The translations under genes were made by a program, and so were the position numbers. The notes under the pieces are model-generated. The model was not told the DNA's origin, made no database searches, and was given only the letters and a program-made list of their open reading frames with translations. Shown piece by piece: positions 18,450 to 28,900 of a stretch of DNA of 55,833 bases. The stretch comes from a virus (Duplodnaviria > Caudoviricetes): positions 1-55,833 of IMG/VR virus record IMGVR_UViG_3300021371_000019; one strand, written 5' to 3'. Positions within the stretch are counted from its first letter, which is position 1, and every line of letters begins with the position of its first letter.

Positions 18450-18782
18450 ATGGCTAATACATTTAAAAATGCAGTTAGTTCAGCAATAGGCACTAGCCAA
18501 ACAAGTGTCTATACTGTACCTTCTGCTACTACCTCTACAGTTATTGGATTAACTGTATCAAACATAACAGGATCGGATATAACAGTTGATGTTGTTGTTA
18601 CTGACACGAGTGCCAGTGCAAGTGTCCACATAATTAAAGGAGCTACAGTGCCTGTTGGCGGTGCGGTTGTTCCAATAGGCGGTGATCAAAAGGTTGTGCT
18701 AGAAGCAACAGATATACTTAAAGTTACAAGTAGTGCTTCATCAAGTGCAGATGCCCTTGTATCCGTACTAGAACAGACATAA
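18450..18782 (+). CDS. Small tail/fibre connector protein
   Basis: 110-aa beta-rich ORF between fibre genes. Confidence 0.65.
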   Translation: MANTFKNAVSSAIGTSQTSVYTVPSATTSTVIGLTVSNITGSDITVDVVVTDTSASASVHIIKGATVPVGGAVVPIGGDQKVVLEATDILKVTSSASSSADALVSVLEQT

Positions 18783-18794
18783 GGAGAGACACAG

Positions 18795-19607
18795 ATGCCC
18801 TACATTGGTAATCAACCTGCACCCACTAATGTTGGTAGTGCTAATATTACAGATGGTTCTATAGTTAATGCTGACGTTAATGCTAGTGCCGCTATTGACG
18901 TTAGTAAACTTAGTGGTGCCGCACCGTTAGCTAGTCCTACATTTACAGGTACAGCAACTGCACCTACAGTAAATGCAAGTACTGCACTACAGATTGGTGG
19001 TGTTGCTATTACATCTACTGCAGCAGAGTTAAATATACTTGACGGAGTGACTTCTACTGCCGCTGAACTTAATATCTTAGACGGTGTTACATCTACAGCA
19101 GCAGAATTAAACATACTTGATGGAGTAACTTCAACGGCTGCAGAGCTAAACAAGCTAGATGGTTATACAGGAGCAGTTGCTGATCTCAATAGAACAGACG
19201 TAACTACAGAAGGCTTATCCCAAGCAAGTAAAGTTGTAACTGCAGACAGCAATGGAGTTGTTTCATTTGACAACGGTACTACTGAAGAAAGTACTGCCAT
19301 TACATCTAGTTCAAATGCAGCTACAATTAACCTGCGTGATGGTAATGTGTTTACTCACACACTATCCGAAAATGTAACATACACATTCAGTAACCCTGCA
19401 GCATCAGGCAGAGCCTCTGCGTTTATCTTAAAGGTAACGCAGGATAGTTCAGCAAGAACTATTACATGGCCCTCAAGTGTTGACTGGGCCGCTGCTACCG
19501 CACCAACAATAACTGCTACTAATGCAGGTGTAGACGTATTTGGTTTTATGACGGTTGACGGTGGTACAACCTATTACGGATTTACGCTTGGACAAGCACT
19601 GGGGTAA
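18795..19607 (+). CDS. Tail fibre shaft protein A
   Basis: MPYIGNQP start, PLASPTFTG, four TSTAAELNILDGV repeats; C-terminal domain paralogous to 22144..23304. Confidence 0.8.
   Translation: MPYIGNQPAPTNVGSANITDGSIVNADVNASAAIDVSKLSGAAPLASPTFTGTATAPTVNASTALQIGGVAITSTAAELNILDGVTSTAAELNILDGVTSTAAELNILDGVTSTAAELNKLDGYTGAVADLNRTDVTTEGLSQASKVVTADSNGVVSFDNGTTEESTAITSSSNAATINLRDGNVFTHTLSENVTYTFSNPAASGRASAFILKVTQDSSARTITWPSSVDWAAATAPTITATNAGVDVFGFMTVDGGTTYYGFTLGQALG
19011..19166 (+). repeat. Four 39-bp coding repeats (TSTAAELNILDGV)
   Basis: Units begin at 19011, 19050, 19089 and 19128; mostly synonymous divergence. Confidence 0.9.
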
Positions 19608-19613
19608 TAAACT

Positions 19614-21608
19614 ATGACTGCTAGTAAAATTGTATTAAATGCTGCATCAGGTGCTGGTGGTGCTGCTCTGAACGTAGAGGATGTGTTCAGCACTTATTTG
19701 TATTCAGCTAATAACGCTGGTTTAACCATCACCAACGGCATTGACCTTGCTGGTGAAGGTGGTTTGGTCTGGGGTAAAAGCCGTAGTGCAACCCAAAACC
19801 ACCGGCTTTATGATACGGAAGGCAACGGCCTTTACTCAAACCTTACTAATGGTTCCTTTGGCTCTTCTGGTCGTTTCACTGCTAATAGCGATGGTTTTGA
19901 TTTAACAGCAAGTTCAGGAATTGTAGGGGGAAGTGGTTTTGGAGGCCCTGACTACGCCTCTTGGACATTCCGCAAAGCCGAAAAGTTCTTTGATGTAGTA
20001 ACTTATACTGGGAATGGCGCATCATCTCGTGCTATTAGTCATAACCTAAATTCTACCCCGGGTATGATTATTATCAAACAGACTAGTTCTAATGGTGAAA
20101 ACTGGATTGTTTGGCACAGAAGTATAAGCAATGTATCTAACGGTGAGATTATTTACTTAAATGCTTCAGATAGTGAAAGTGGTATGAATGGCAAGTTTGA
20201 TGGGGCTAATCTGCCTACCTCTACTACCTTTACTATAGAGCAAGACAACTCAGTAAATGCTTCTAATGCAACCTACGTTGCTTACCTATTCGCCCACAAT
20301 AATAATGACGGGGAGTTCGGGCCTGATGCTGACCAAGATATTATCAAGTGTGGTAGCTATACTGGTAATGGTTCTGCTACTGGGCCAAGTGTCAGTCTTG
20401 GGTTTGAACCTCAGTGGGTAATGATTAAAAAAACAAACGCATCAGGTAACTGGCAACTTTTTGATATTATGCGAGGTATGGTTGTTGATGGATCTGATAA
20501 GAGAATCGTACCAAACAGCAATAGTGCAGAGGATAGTATTCAGTCTTTAAGCCCTACTGCAACAGGTTTTAATATTAACACTACAAGCGGAAACCTTAAC
20601 AGTAACAACAGTAATTACATCTACATGGCCATTCGCCGCCCTACTGCTGTGCCTGAGAGTGGGACTGAGGTGTTTAAAACATATGATTTAACATCGGCAA
20701 GTTTGAACACTCAAGTATCTACATCCTTTCCCCCTGATATGTCTTTGCATCTATCTAATGATGGTAATAAATTAACTGTAAATAGACTTACAGGTGGAAT
20801 ACACGCAAATAGCTCTAATAATTCTCCACGTAATTGGCTTCAACTTTATGGTAATGACGCAGAAGACACTGGCAATTACGGTTTGTATTATAACTTTAAC
20901 AGTACTAGCTTTAAAGTAAGTAATAATGGATATTCAGGCCAGAGTGATTCACCCTATGCTTATATGTGGAAACGTGCGCCTAAATATTTTGATCTTGTTG
21001 CTTACTCAGGAAACTCAACAGCAGGGCGTACTGTAAGCCATAACCTTGGTGTTGCACCAGAAATGTTTTGGATAAAAAATAGAACTCATAATGGAGAAGA
21101 TTGGATTGTATACCATAAAGATATTGGTAATGGAAAGTATTTGATTCTACAGGATATTTATGGAGAAACGACAGATACTTCTAACGCCCGTCTTCACGGT
21201 ACAAATCCGACTGCAACAAACTTTACTTTAGGTAGTAATGTTCAAGTTAATGCTAGTGGTGATGATTATATAGCCTACCTATTCGCAACCCTTGATGGCA
21301 TATCCAAGGTTGGTTCCTATACTGGGAATGGCTCAAACCAGACTATTAACTGCGGCTTTAGCAGTGGCGCAAGATGGATTCTTATTAAGCGTACAGACAG
21401 CACAGTGAGTACAGGTAATTGGTATGTCTGGGATACTGAACGTGGTATTGTCGCAGGAGATGAGCAGCACACTGTTATGAATACAGTCACAGGTAAGGGC
21501 ACTGATGATAGCGTTGACCCTGCAAACAGTGGCTTCATTGTCAATCAGATAAGTGCTACGAACATTAACGTATCAAGCGCAGAGTACATTTTCTACGCAA
21601 TCGCATAA
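19614..21608 (+). CDS. Putative distal fibre/receptor-binding protein A
   Basis: Repeated FD.V.Y.GN...HNL...P...K...W.V.H domains; paralog of 23308..25233. Confidence 0.7.
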   Translation: MTASKIVLNAASGAGGAALNVEDVFSTYLYSANNAGLTITNGIDLAGEGGLVWGKSRSATQNHRLYDTEGNGLYSNLTNGSFGSSGRFTANSDGFDLTASSGIVGGSGFGGPDYASWTFRKAEKFFDVVTYTGNGASSRAISHNLNSTPGMIIIKQTSSNGENWIVWHRSISNVSNGEIIYLNASDSESGMNGKFDGANLPTSTTFTIEQDNSVNASNATYVAYLFAHNNNDGEFGPDADQDIIKCGSYTGNGSATGPSVSLGFEPQWVMIKKTNASGNWQLFDIMRGMVVDGSDKRIVPNSNSAEDSIQSLSPTATGFNINTTSGNLNSNNSNYIYMAIRRPTAVPESGTEVFKTYDLTSASLNTQVSTSFPPDMSLHLSNDGNKLTVNRLTGGIHANSSNNSPRNWLQLYGNDAEDTGNYGLYYNFNSTSFKVSNNGYSGQSDSPYAYMWKRAPKYFDLVAYSGNSTAGRTVSHNLGVAPEMFWIKNRTHNGEDWIVYHKDIGNGKYLILQDIYGETTDTSNARLHGTNPTATNFTLGSNVQVNASGDDYIAYLFATLDGISKVGSYTGNGSNQTINCGFSSGARWILIKRTDSTVSTGNWYVWDTERGIVAGDEQHTVMNTVTGKGTDDSVDPANSGFIVNQISATNINVSSAEYIFYAIA

Positions 21609-21635
21609 TCAAACTCAGACGAAAGGATCAATCAA

Positions 21636-22133
21636 ATGAGTGAATACAGAAACAGAACAACAGGTGAAGTAAAAACACAAGGGCAATGGCGAGCAGCTAA
21701 CCCCAACATGTCTTTACCTAAAGTGTGGAACAGTAATGTACTAGATGCACTTAATATAGATGCAGTGCTACGTAGTCCTGCTGCTACCACTACAGCATAT
21801 CAAACATCTGTACGTGATGGTGTTGAGCAGGACAGTAATGGTAACTGGGTAGAAAAGTATGTTGCTCGTGACATGTTTGCTGACACTACAGAAGACGGTG
21901 TTACAACCACCAAAGCAGAACATGAAGCTGCATATCAAGCTACACTAGATGCCAGCACTGCTAAAGGACATCGTAACACAAGAGCTAGTTTACTAGCTGA
22001 GACAGACTTCTATGCTCTGTCAGATGTAACAATGGCAGATGCTATGACAGCATATCGTCAGGCTCTACGTGATCTACCATCACACAGCAATTGGCCTGAT
22101 CTTGAAGACAGTGATTGGCCTACAAAACCGTAA
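21636..22133 (+). CDS. Tail fibre assembly chaperone-like protein
   Basis: C-terminal R..R..LL.ETD...YRQALRDLP...WP.KP motif. Confidence 0.8.
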   Translation: MSEYRNRTTGEVKTQGQWRAANPNMSLPKVWNSNVLDALNIDAVLRSPAATTTAYQTSVRDGVEQDSNGNWVEKYVARDMFADTTEDGVTTTKAEHEAAYQATLDASTAKGHRNTRASLLAETDFYALSDVTMADAMTAYRQALRDLPSHSNWPDLEDSDWPTKP

Positions 22134-22143
22134 GGATTAACAG

Positions 22144-23304
22144 ATGAGTAAAGCAAGAGATTTAGCCAACTTGATGTCAACTGGCAATGAGTTGGCAGAT
22201 GGAAACATTAGTGTTGCTGAAATAAATGACTTAACAGCTACGGCTGCTGAGTTAAATATTATGGATGGTGTTACTGCTACTGCTGCAGAGTTAAACTTTG
22301 TTGATGGTGTTACATCTAATGTTCAAACACAGGTAGATGCCAAACAACCATATGCCACAATTGCAGTTACTGTAGTTGACTCTGGTGGCAACAAGTATGC
22401 ACTTGATGGTACTGTACAACAGCTTGCTTTACTTACTCCTTCTGTAACATATAGGTTTGATCAGTCTGACTCTTCTAACTCAGGACATCCATTACTATTT
22501 AGTACAACTTCAAATGGTACACATGGTGGTGGTAGTGCATTTACTACAGGTGTTACTTCAGTAGGAACAGCAGGTAGTGCAGGTGCTTATACACAGATCA
22601 AGCTAGAACAAGATACGCCAAGTCCTTTGTATTACTACTGTGTAAATCATTCTGGTATGGGTGGTGAAGCAAACAAGACAATCTCTAAACTGTCAGACTT
22701 GGGTGTTACTTCTACTTCTACTGAGTTAAACATATTAGATGGAGTTACCTCAACTGCAGCAGAGTTGAATATTTTAGATGGTGTTACTTCAACCACAGCA
22801 GAACTGAACATCCTTGACGGTGTTACAAGTACTACGGCAGAGTTAAATAAGTTAGATGGCTTTACAGGTGCAGTAGCAGACCTTAACAGAACTGATGTAA
22901 CTACTGAGGGAACAACAGAGGCTAGTAAAGTTGTAACTGCAGATAGTAATGGTGTTGTAACATTTGATAATGGTAAGATAGAAGAGAGCACTGCAGTTAC
23001 ATCTTCAAGTAATGCAGCCACAATTAACCTACGTAACGGTGATAACTTTACCCATACGTTAAGTGAGAATGTGACATACACATTTAGTAATCCTGCAGCT
23101 TCTGGTAAGGTATCTGCATTTACACTTAAAGTAATACAAGATTCTTCTGCAAGGACAATTACGTGGCCCTCTAGTGTGGATTGGGCAGCAGCTACTGCTC
23201 CAACAATAACTGCCACTTCAGGTGGTGTTGATGTGTTTGTATTTACAACATATGATGGTGGAACTACATATTATGGATTTACTGCTGGTCAGGCAATGGG
23301 CTAA
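22144..23304 (+). CDS. Tail fibre shaft protein B
   Basis: MSKARDLA start; AELN..DGV repeats; inserted YRFDQSD.SN.GHP...LYYYC..HSGMG domain. Confidence 0.8.
   Translation: MSKARDLANLMSTGNELADGNISVAEINDLTATAAELNIMDGVTATAAELNFVDGVTSNVQTQVDAKQPYATIAVTVVDSGGNKYALDGTVQQLALLTPSVTYRFDQSDSSNSGHPLLFSTTSNGTHGGGSAFTTGVTSVGTAGSAGAYTQIKLEQDTPSPLYYYCVNHSGMGGEANKTISKLSDLGVTSTSTELNILDGVTSTAAELNILDGVTSTTAELNILDGVTSTTAELNKLDGFTGAVADLNRTDVTTEGTTEASKVVTADSNGVVTFDNGKIEESTAVTSSSNAATINLRNGDNFTHTLSENVTYTFSNPAASGKVSAFTLKVIQDSSARTITWPSSVDWAAATAPTITATSGGVDVFVFTTYDGGTTYYGFTAGQAMG
22708..22863 (+). repeat. Four 39-bp coding repeats (TST.AELNILDGV)
   Basis: Same unit as 19011..19166; two more units near 22234-22311. Confidence 0.9.
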
Positions 23305-23307
23305 TAC

Positions 23308-25233
23308 ATGAGTACAGCTAATAAATATATGCAATCTGCATCAGGTGTTGGTGGTGCTGGCCTTAATGTAGAAGAAGTGTTCAGCACTAATCTTTACACA
23401 GGAAATAACAGTGCTTTAACTGTTAATACAGGTCTGGATCAGAACACTGAGGGTGGAATGCTCTGGGTAAAAAGCAGAAGCACTGGCTCAACAAATCATG
23501 GGATTTGGGATACTGAAAGAACAAATGGTTATTATCTTCCTGTTAATTCCTCTGATAACGGAGGGAATATTTCAGCAGCAAGTGGCACTAATCCTTTTCT
23601 TAGAGATGGTAGCTTTAGGTGGAACGCAGGGCATGGTTGGTTTAATCAAAGTGGAGATTATGTAGCTTGGGCATTTCGTAAAGCCCCTAAGTTTTTTGAT
23701 GTGGTGACTTATACTGGAACGGGTTCCAACCTTACCATAAACCATAACTTAGGCTCAGTCCCGGGCTGTATAATTATTAAGTGTACCAGTGCTGTAAAGT
23801 CTTGGGTAGTTTACCATAGAGGTGTCAACGGCGGTGTTAACCCAGAGGATTATGCACTATTCTTAAATACTACCGATGCGCAAAACGATAATCTATACTT
23901 TCAAGACACGGCCCCAACAAGCACTCAGTTCTTCTTAGGGGATAGCGCAGCAAATGAAAACGGACAAACACACGTTGCCTACCTATTCGCCCACAATGAT
24001 GGTGACGGTGAGTTTGGGCCTGATGGCGATGCTGATATTATTAAGTGTGGTGTTGCTACAATTAGTGGGGATACAACAGTTGATCTTGGGTTTGAGCCTC
24101 AGTGGGTTTTATATAAAAATGCTTCTGGTAACAGTAATTGGACAATTATAGATTCAATGAGAGGTTTTACAGCAGATGGGGCAATCTCTGCTTTGTACCC
24201 TAATACTTCTGGTGCTGAATCAGCAGGGTCAGGCTATGAGAAATTAACATCTACTGGTTTTGTACTCCAAAATTATACTAATGGTCATAATTATGTTTAC
24301 GTAGCCATACGCCGTGGTACTGCTGTGCCTGAGAGTGCGACTGAGGTGTTTGCGGTTTCAGATAGAAAAAATGAGATACCAAGTTTTCCAAGTGGCTTTC
24401 CTGTAGACTTTCTTATAGGCCCACGAACAATAAACGGTGCTGATAACAATGAAGTTAAGACTAGGTTAACCTCAGGTGGTTATTTAAGAACCAACACCAC
24501 AGGTGCTGAAACTGTTTCTAGCCAAGTAGCAAACTTTGCTCATAACGATGGGTTCTTTAACTTTGATGGGGCAAACGCCAATCAATATGCTTGGATGTGG
24601 AAACGTGCGCCGGGCTTTTTCGATGTCGTTGCTTACACGGGTACGAATGTTGCTGGTTTAACCATAAATCACAACCTTGGCGTTGTACCAGAAATGATAT
24701 GGGTAAAGAATAGAAGTGCATCAGAATACTGGGCAGTATATCATAAAGACTTAAATGGTGGCACAAACCCTTCTCATTACTTCTTAAAGCTAAATGATAC
24801 GAATGCTGAAACAGACTACAATGAGATATGGAATGACACTGAGCCGACAGATACTCAATTTACGGTTGGGCAGCAAGGTGTTGTAAATGGGTTTGAGAAG
24901 AACCAAATAGCCTACCTCTTCGCAAGCCTCCCCGGTATATCCAAGGTGGGGAGCTACACTGGTAACGGTTCTACGTTAAACATTGACTGTGGCTTTACGT
25001 CAGGTGCTAGGTTTGTGCTGATTAAGGCTGTGAGTACTTCTGGGTCGTGGTATGTACTAGATACTGCAAGAGGTATTGTTGCAGGTAATGACCCTGTTTT
25101 AAGCCTAAACACCACTGACGCAGAAGAAGCGTATGATGACTTGATAGACCCTTATTCAGCAGGGTTTACTTTAAACGGTGTTGGCATGGTGAATGCAAAC
25201 ACTGTTGACTACATCTTCTACGCAATAGCATAA
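23308..25233 (+). CDS. Putative distal fibre/receptor-binding protein B
   Basis: Colinear paralog of 19614..21608, ending in the same YIFYAIA. Confidence 0.7.
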   Translation: MSTANKYMQSASGVGGAGLNVEEVFSTNLYTGNNSALTVNTGLDQNTEGGMLWVKSRSTGSTNHGIWDTERTNGYYLPVNSSDNGGNISAASGTNPFLRDGSFRWNAGHGWFNQSGDYVAWAFRKAPKFFDVVTYTGTGSNLTINHNLGSVPGCIIIKCTSAVKSWVVYHRGVNGGVNPEDYALFLNTTDAQNDNLYFQDTAPTSTQFFLGDSAANENGQTHVAYLFAHNDGDGEFGPDGDADIIKCGVATISGDTTVDLGFEPQWVLYKNASGNSNWTIIDSMRGFTADGAISALYPNTSGAESAGSGYEKLTSTGFVLQNYTNGHNYVYVAIRRGTAVPESATEVFAVSDRKNEIPSFPSGFPVDFLIGPRTINGADNNEVKTRLTSGGYLRTNTTGAETVSSQVANFAHNDGFFNFDGANANQYAWMWKRAPGFFDVVAYTGTNVAGLTINHNLGVVPEMIWVKNRSASEYWAVYHKDLNGGTNPSHYFLKLNDTNAETDYNEIWNDTEPTDTQFTVGQQGVVNGFEKNQIAYLFASLPGISKVGSYTGNGSTLNIDCGFTSGARFVLIKAVSTSGSWYVLDTARGIVAGNDPVLSLNTTDAEEAYDDLIDPYSAGFTLNGVGMVNANTVDYIFYAIA

Positions 25234-25247
25234 CAAGGACATAAAGA

Positions 25248-25514
25248 ATGACTGATGATAGCTGGCACTTAAATAAGTCTGTACCAATTACATTAATCTT
25301 TGGGTTAATTGTTCAGGGTGCAGCTATTGTATGGACAGTCTCTATGATGATGTCTGACATTCAAGATAATTCAGAAGAAATTATAGCATTAGAAGAACGT
25401 ATGGGTAGGCTAGAGACATCTGTACATAACCAAGCAGTATCACTTGCCCGTATAGACGAAAACATAAAAGCAATAAGATCATCAGTAGAAAAGATGGCGA
25501 ACAATGACCAATAG
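25248..25514 (+). CDS. Membrane-anchored coiled-coil protein
   Basis: One N-terminal hydrophobic helix plus heptad region. Confidence 0.7.
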   Translation: MTDDSWHLNKSVPITLIFGLIVQGAAIVWTVSMMMSDIQDNSEEIIALEERMGRLETSVHNQAVSLARIDENIKAIRSSVEKMANNDQ

Positions 25515-25525
25515 GATTTGCCACA

Positions 25526-25993
25526 ATGATAGAAGTATTAGCTTTAGCAGGTGCAGTTACTAAGATAGCTGGTGCAGTTAGCTCTGCAGTTAAAGCTGGT
25601 AGTGATGTAGCAGACTTACTGCCTCACTTTGGTAAGTTAGCAAAACTAGATAGTGAGATACAGTTAGCTGAAAAGGGTGCACATAAAGGCCCACTAGGTA
25701 GACTGAGTTCATCTGAAGAAGAAGGCTTTGCAATAGCACAAGCTAAGATAAAACATAAAGAGTGCATGGACGAGTTAAGGTCAGCTTGTCAGTTGTATGG
25801 ACCTCCCGGTATGTGGGATTTAGTTGTAAAAGAACAAGCAGCGGCTAGACAAAGGCACAAAGAAGCGTTAGAATTACAAGCAAAGCAAAGAGACAGATTG
25901 TTCTGGGGCTTATCACTAGGACTAGGGGTAGTAATATTCGTAGGTGGTTTAGCAGTAATGATCTGGGGTCTTAACGAAGTAGTAAATGGATAA
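25526..25993 (+). CDS. Hypothetical protein with C-terminal transmembrane helix
   Basis: 155 aa; hydrophobic C-terminus. Confidence 0.75.
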   Translation: MIEVLALAGAVTKIAGAVSSAVKAGSDVADLLPHFGKLAKLDSEIQLAEKGAHKGPLGRLSSSEEEGFAIAQAKIKHKECMDELRSACQLYGPPGMWDLVVKEQAAARQRHKEALELQAKQRDRLFWGLSLGLGVVIFVGGLAVMIWGLNEVVNG

Positions 25994-25998
25994 ACAAT

Positions 25999-28900
25999 AT
26001 GGCAAGATTTAGTACGGCACAAAAAGAAACTCTACGTAAAATGGCTGAAGAAGGCAAGCTCGCCACATCTCAGTTACAAAACATTATGCGTAATGCTGAA
26101 GAGTTAAGGCAACTTAACAAAGGTGGTGTTGTAGGCTTTCAAGCTGGAGGTGTACCCAACCCATTTGTAAGTTATTACAATAATCAGAATCAAATTATTT
26201 CAAAAATGAGTTCACCACAAAATAATCCAATGTCGGGTATGAGTGCTAATGAAGCTAATGCATATAAAGCTAATCAATTAAATATGCAAATGGGAACAGG
26301 CAATCCTCAAAGTGCTACATACCAAGCTAGTTTAGGACCAGCAGCAACTAATCAACAACCTGCCGCTGTGATACGTGCAGGACAACCTTCTGCACAACAA
26401 ACTGCTATGCAGCCACAGATGCAAGAAGTGCCAGCAGACGTACAACAAAGGCTAGATAGTCGTAGACAAGTGCTAAAACAAGACCGAATTGGCCAAGCTA
26501 TGCAGGAAAAGTTTGGTGAACAAGGTAAGCCAGATAATTATATTCCAGAGTTTTCTTCTAAAATGAAGGCATTACAAGATAACATGAAAGCTACTAATTC
26601 AGCTTTCTTTACATCTAAAGGAATAGCTGAAGGTGATTATTCAGCTATGAATAGATACATGCAGTCTAATCCTAATGCACAACAAGAATTAAATGCTGCA
26701 TTACAAGCTGATCAACAACAGGTAGATGCTCTTACTCAGCAGTTAGAAAACAATCCAGAGTTTAAAGCATATCAGACAGAAGCAGAGCAGTATCAGCGCA
26801 GTATTGATCCTCGTACAGGTATGCCACCAAAGTTTGTAGGTGGACCTGCATTGCCTCCTTCAGAACGTATTGATGACGGTCCTATTGGACAGCCTTCTCT
26901 GTACTCTGGTGACATAACACAACAGACCCTTCAGGATATTTTAGCTATGTCTACGGGAAGCTCTCCTGCAGACCTTCAGTATGACTTTAATGGTGATGGT
27001 AAAATCACAGCAGATGATGCTAATAGAGCCATGAAAGCGGGTATAGGAAAAGGTACAGTGGTTCCTGATAGTGGTGGTGAAGGTGGTTTATATGATCCGT
27101 CACAAGGTATGCCTGAAAAAGTTAATACTGATAAAATGCTTGAGGGTCTTTCTTGGAATCCTCATTCTCAAAAAGGCATTGATATGCTTTTGGAATCAGG
27201 TAAGTTACCTAGTGATGAAATGTTTAACAAGTTAATAGGTCTTGATGGTACAGAAAAATTAGTTCCTAATCCAGATAAGTATGAAGTATCTGGGGGTAGA
27301 GAAAATTGGATATTTACTTTTGAAGATGGTACATCTACGGTTGTTAATAGGTACGACTTAGATAAGGCTAAGAAAACACTTGCTGAAGAAATTACTCCTG
27401 TTATATCTAAATTAAAAGAGAGGGGTTTTGAAGAAAAAAATCAACAGTTTAAAAACCAAGAAGAAGCATATCGTAAATACATTTCAGAAGAGACTACTGG
27501 TGGTGTAACTGGCGACATTGAAAACATTGAAGAAGAATACAAAAAAGCTCAAAGTAACTATAAACAAGCAGAGCTAGAATTACAAAGGCTAAAAGCACAG
27601 GCAGAGGCTAATCCAAATGATCCTTATTTAAAAGGGCTTGTAGAAGAAAAAGAAAAAACAGTAACAGATCTTTCTGCTCGTATTAAACAACTTGAACCTA
27701 CATTTAAGGAGTCACAAAAAACAATCTCAGATATAATGATAGAGAAGGCTAAAGATCCTGCTTCTCTAGTTACTAAAACTAAAGTAGATACTATAGACCC
27801 TGAGACTGCTGGTACAATTATACCTGAAGATACAGGTCAATTGAAAGGTGATATTTCGTATGATCCTGTAAAAGGAGTAGTTACTACATCAGAAGGTGTA
27901 GAAAAAGCAGATGCTGCAACATATGATGCTACTACTGTTTCAGGTAAATCTAAAGAAGAGTTAGATAAAGTTGAAGCTGCAAGACTGGATGAGTTTTCTG
28001 ATGGTGTTACATTTGAAGGGGAACAAGGGGAGCTATCAGAGGGTGCTTATGCTGATGAGGCATTAAAAGTAGCTGCAGATCGTATCCAAAAAGTCAATGA
28101 AAAAGTAGACCTAGAAGTTACTAAACAACAACTAGCAGAAGCAAAAGGTAAAAACCTAAAAGCTATACAAACAAAAGTAGCAAAGTCTTCTGCTTTACTA
28201 GATGCAATAGCAGCAGCACATGTAGTTCAACCTAATGAGCTTCCTACTCCACAGCTTATTGCTGAAGAGGACATGGCGCAAGCTAAAGCTATGACTGACA
28301 CAGGGTTAGACAAAGATGCTATCCCTATTGCTGCAAAAATGGCAAGCTTCTCTGTAGATAATGGTACATTAGCTAAGGCTGCACAAGGTGATGTAGATTC
28401 ACTTGCTACAGTAGAAGGTCAGCTTGGTAAGCTAATGAAACAGTTTGACGATGGTACACCTGCATGGGCTGCAGGGGCTATTCGTGCAGCTAATGCAGCT
28501 ATGTCCTCACGGGGTCTAGGTGCATCCTCTATGGCAGGTGCGGCTATCCTACAGGCAGCTATGGAATCTGCGTTACCTATTGCTCAACAAGATGCTAACA
28601 CTTTTGCACAAATGGGTATGCAAAACCTAAATAATCGTCAGCAAGTTGCTATTGCTAACGCTGCTGCACAACAAGGCTTGCAATTACAAAACTTAGACAA
28701 TCAGCAAAAAGCTAACCTACAAAAAAGTGTTAATGCTTTTAGTTTGCAAACACAAAACTTGTCCAATCGTCAAGCTGCTGAAGTGGCAAACGCACAAATT
28801 CGTGCTACTTTGCAAGGGCAAAACTTAAGTAATAGACAGCAAACTAATATTGCTGAAGCAGCTAGATACGCAGAAGCAGCTAATATTAACTTAAATAATA

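Noticed and set aside
19614-25233. Diversity-generating retroelement acting on the fibre paralogs
   Set aside because: No reverse transcriptase and no template/variable repeat pair with adenine-specific differences seen
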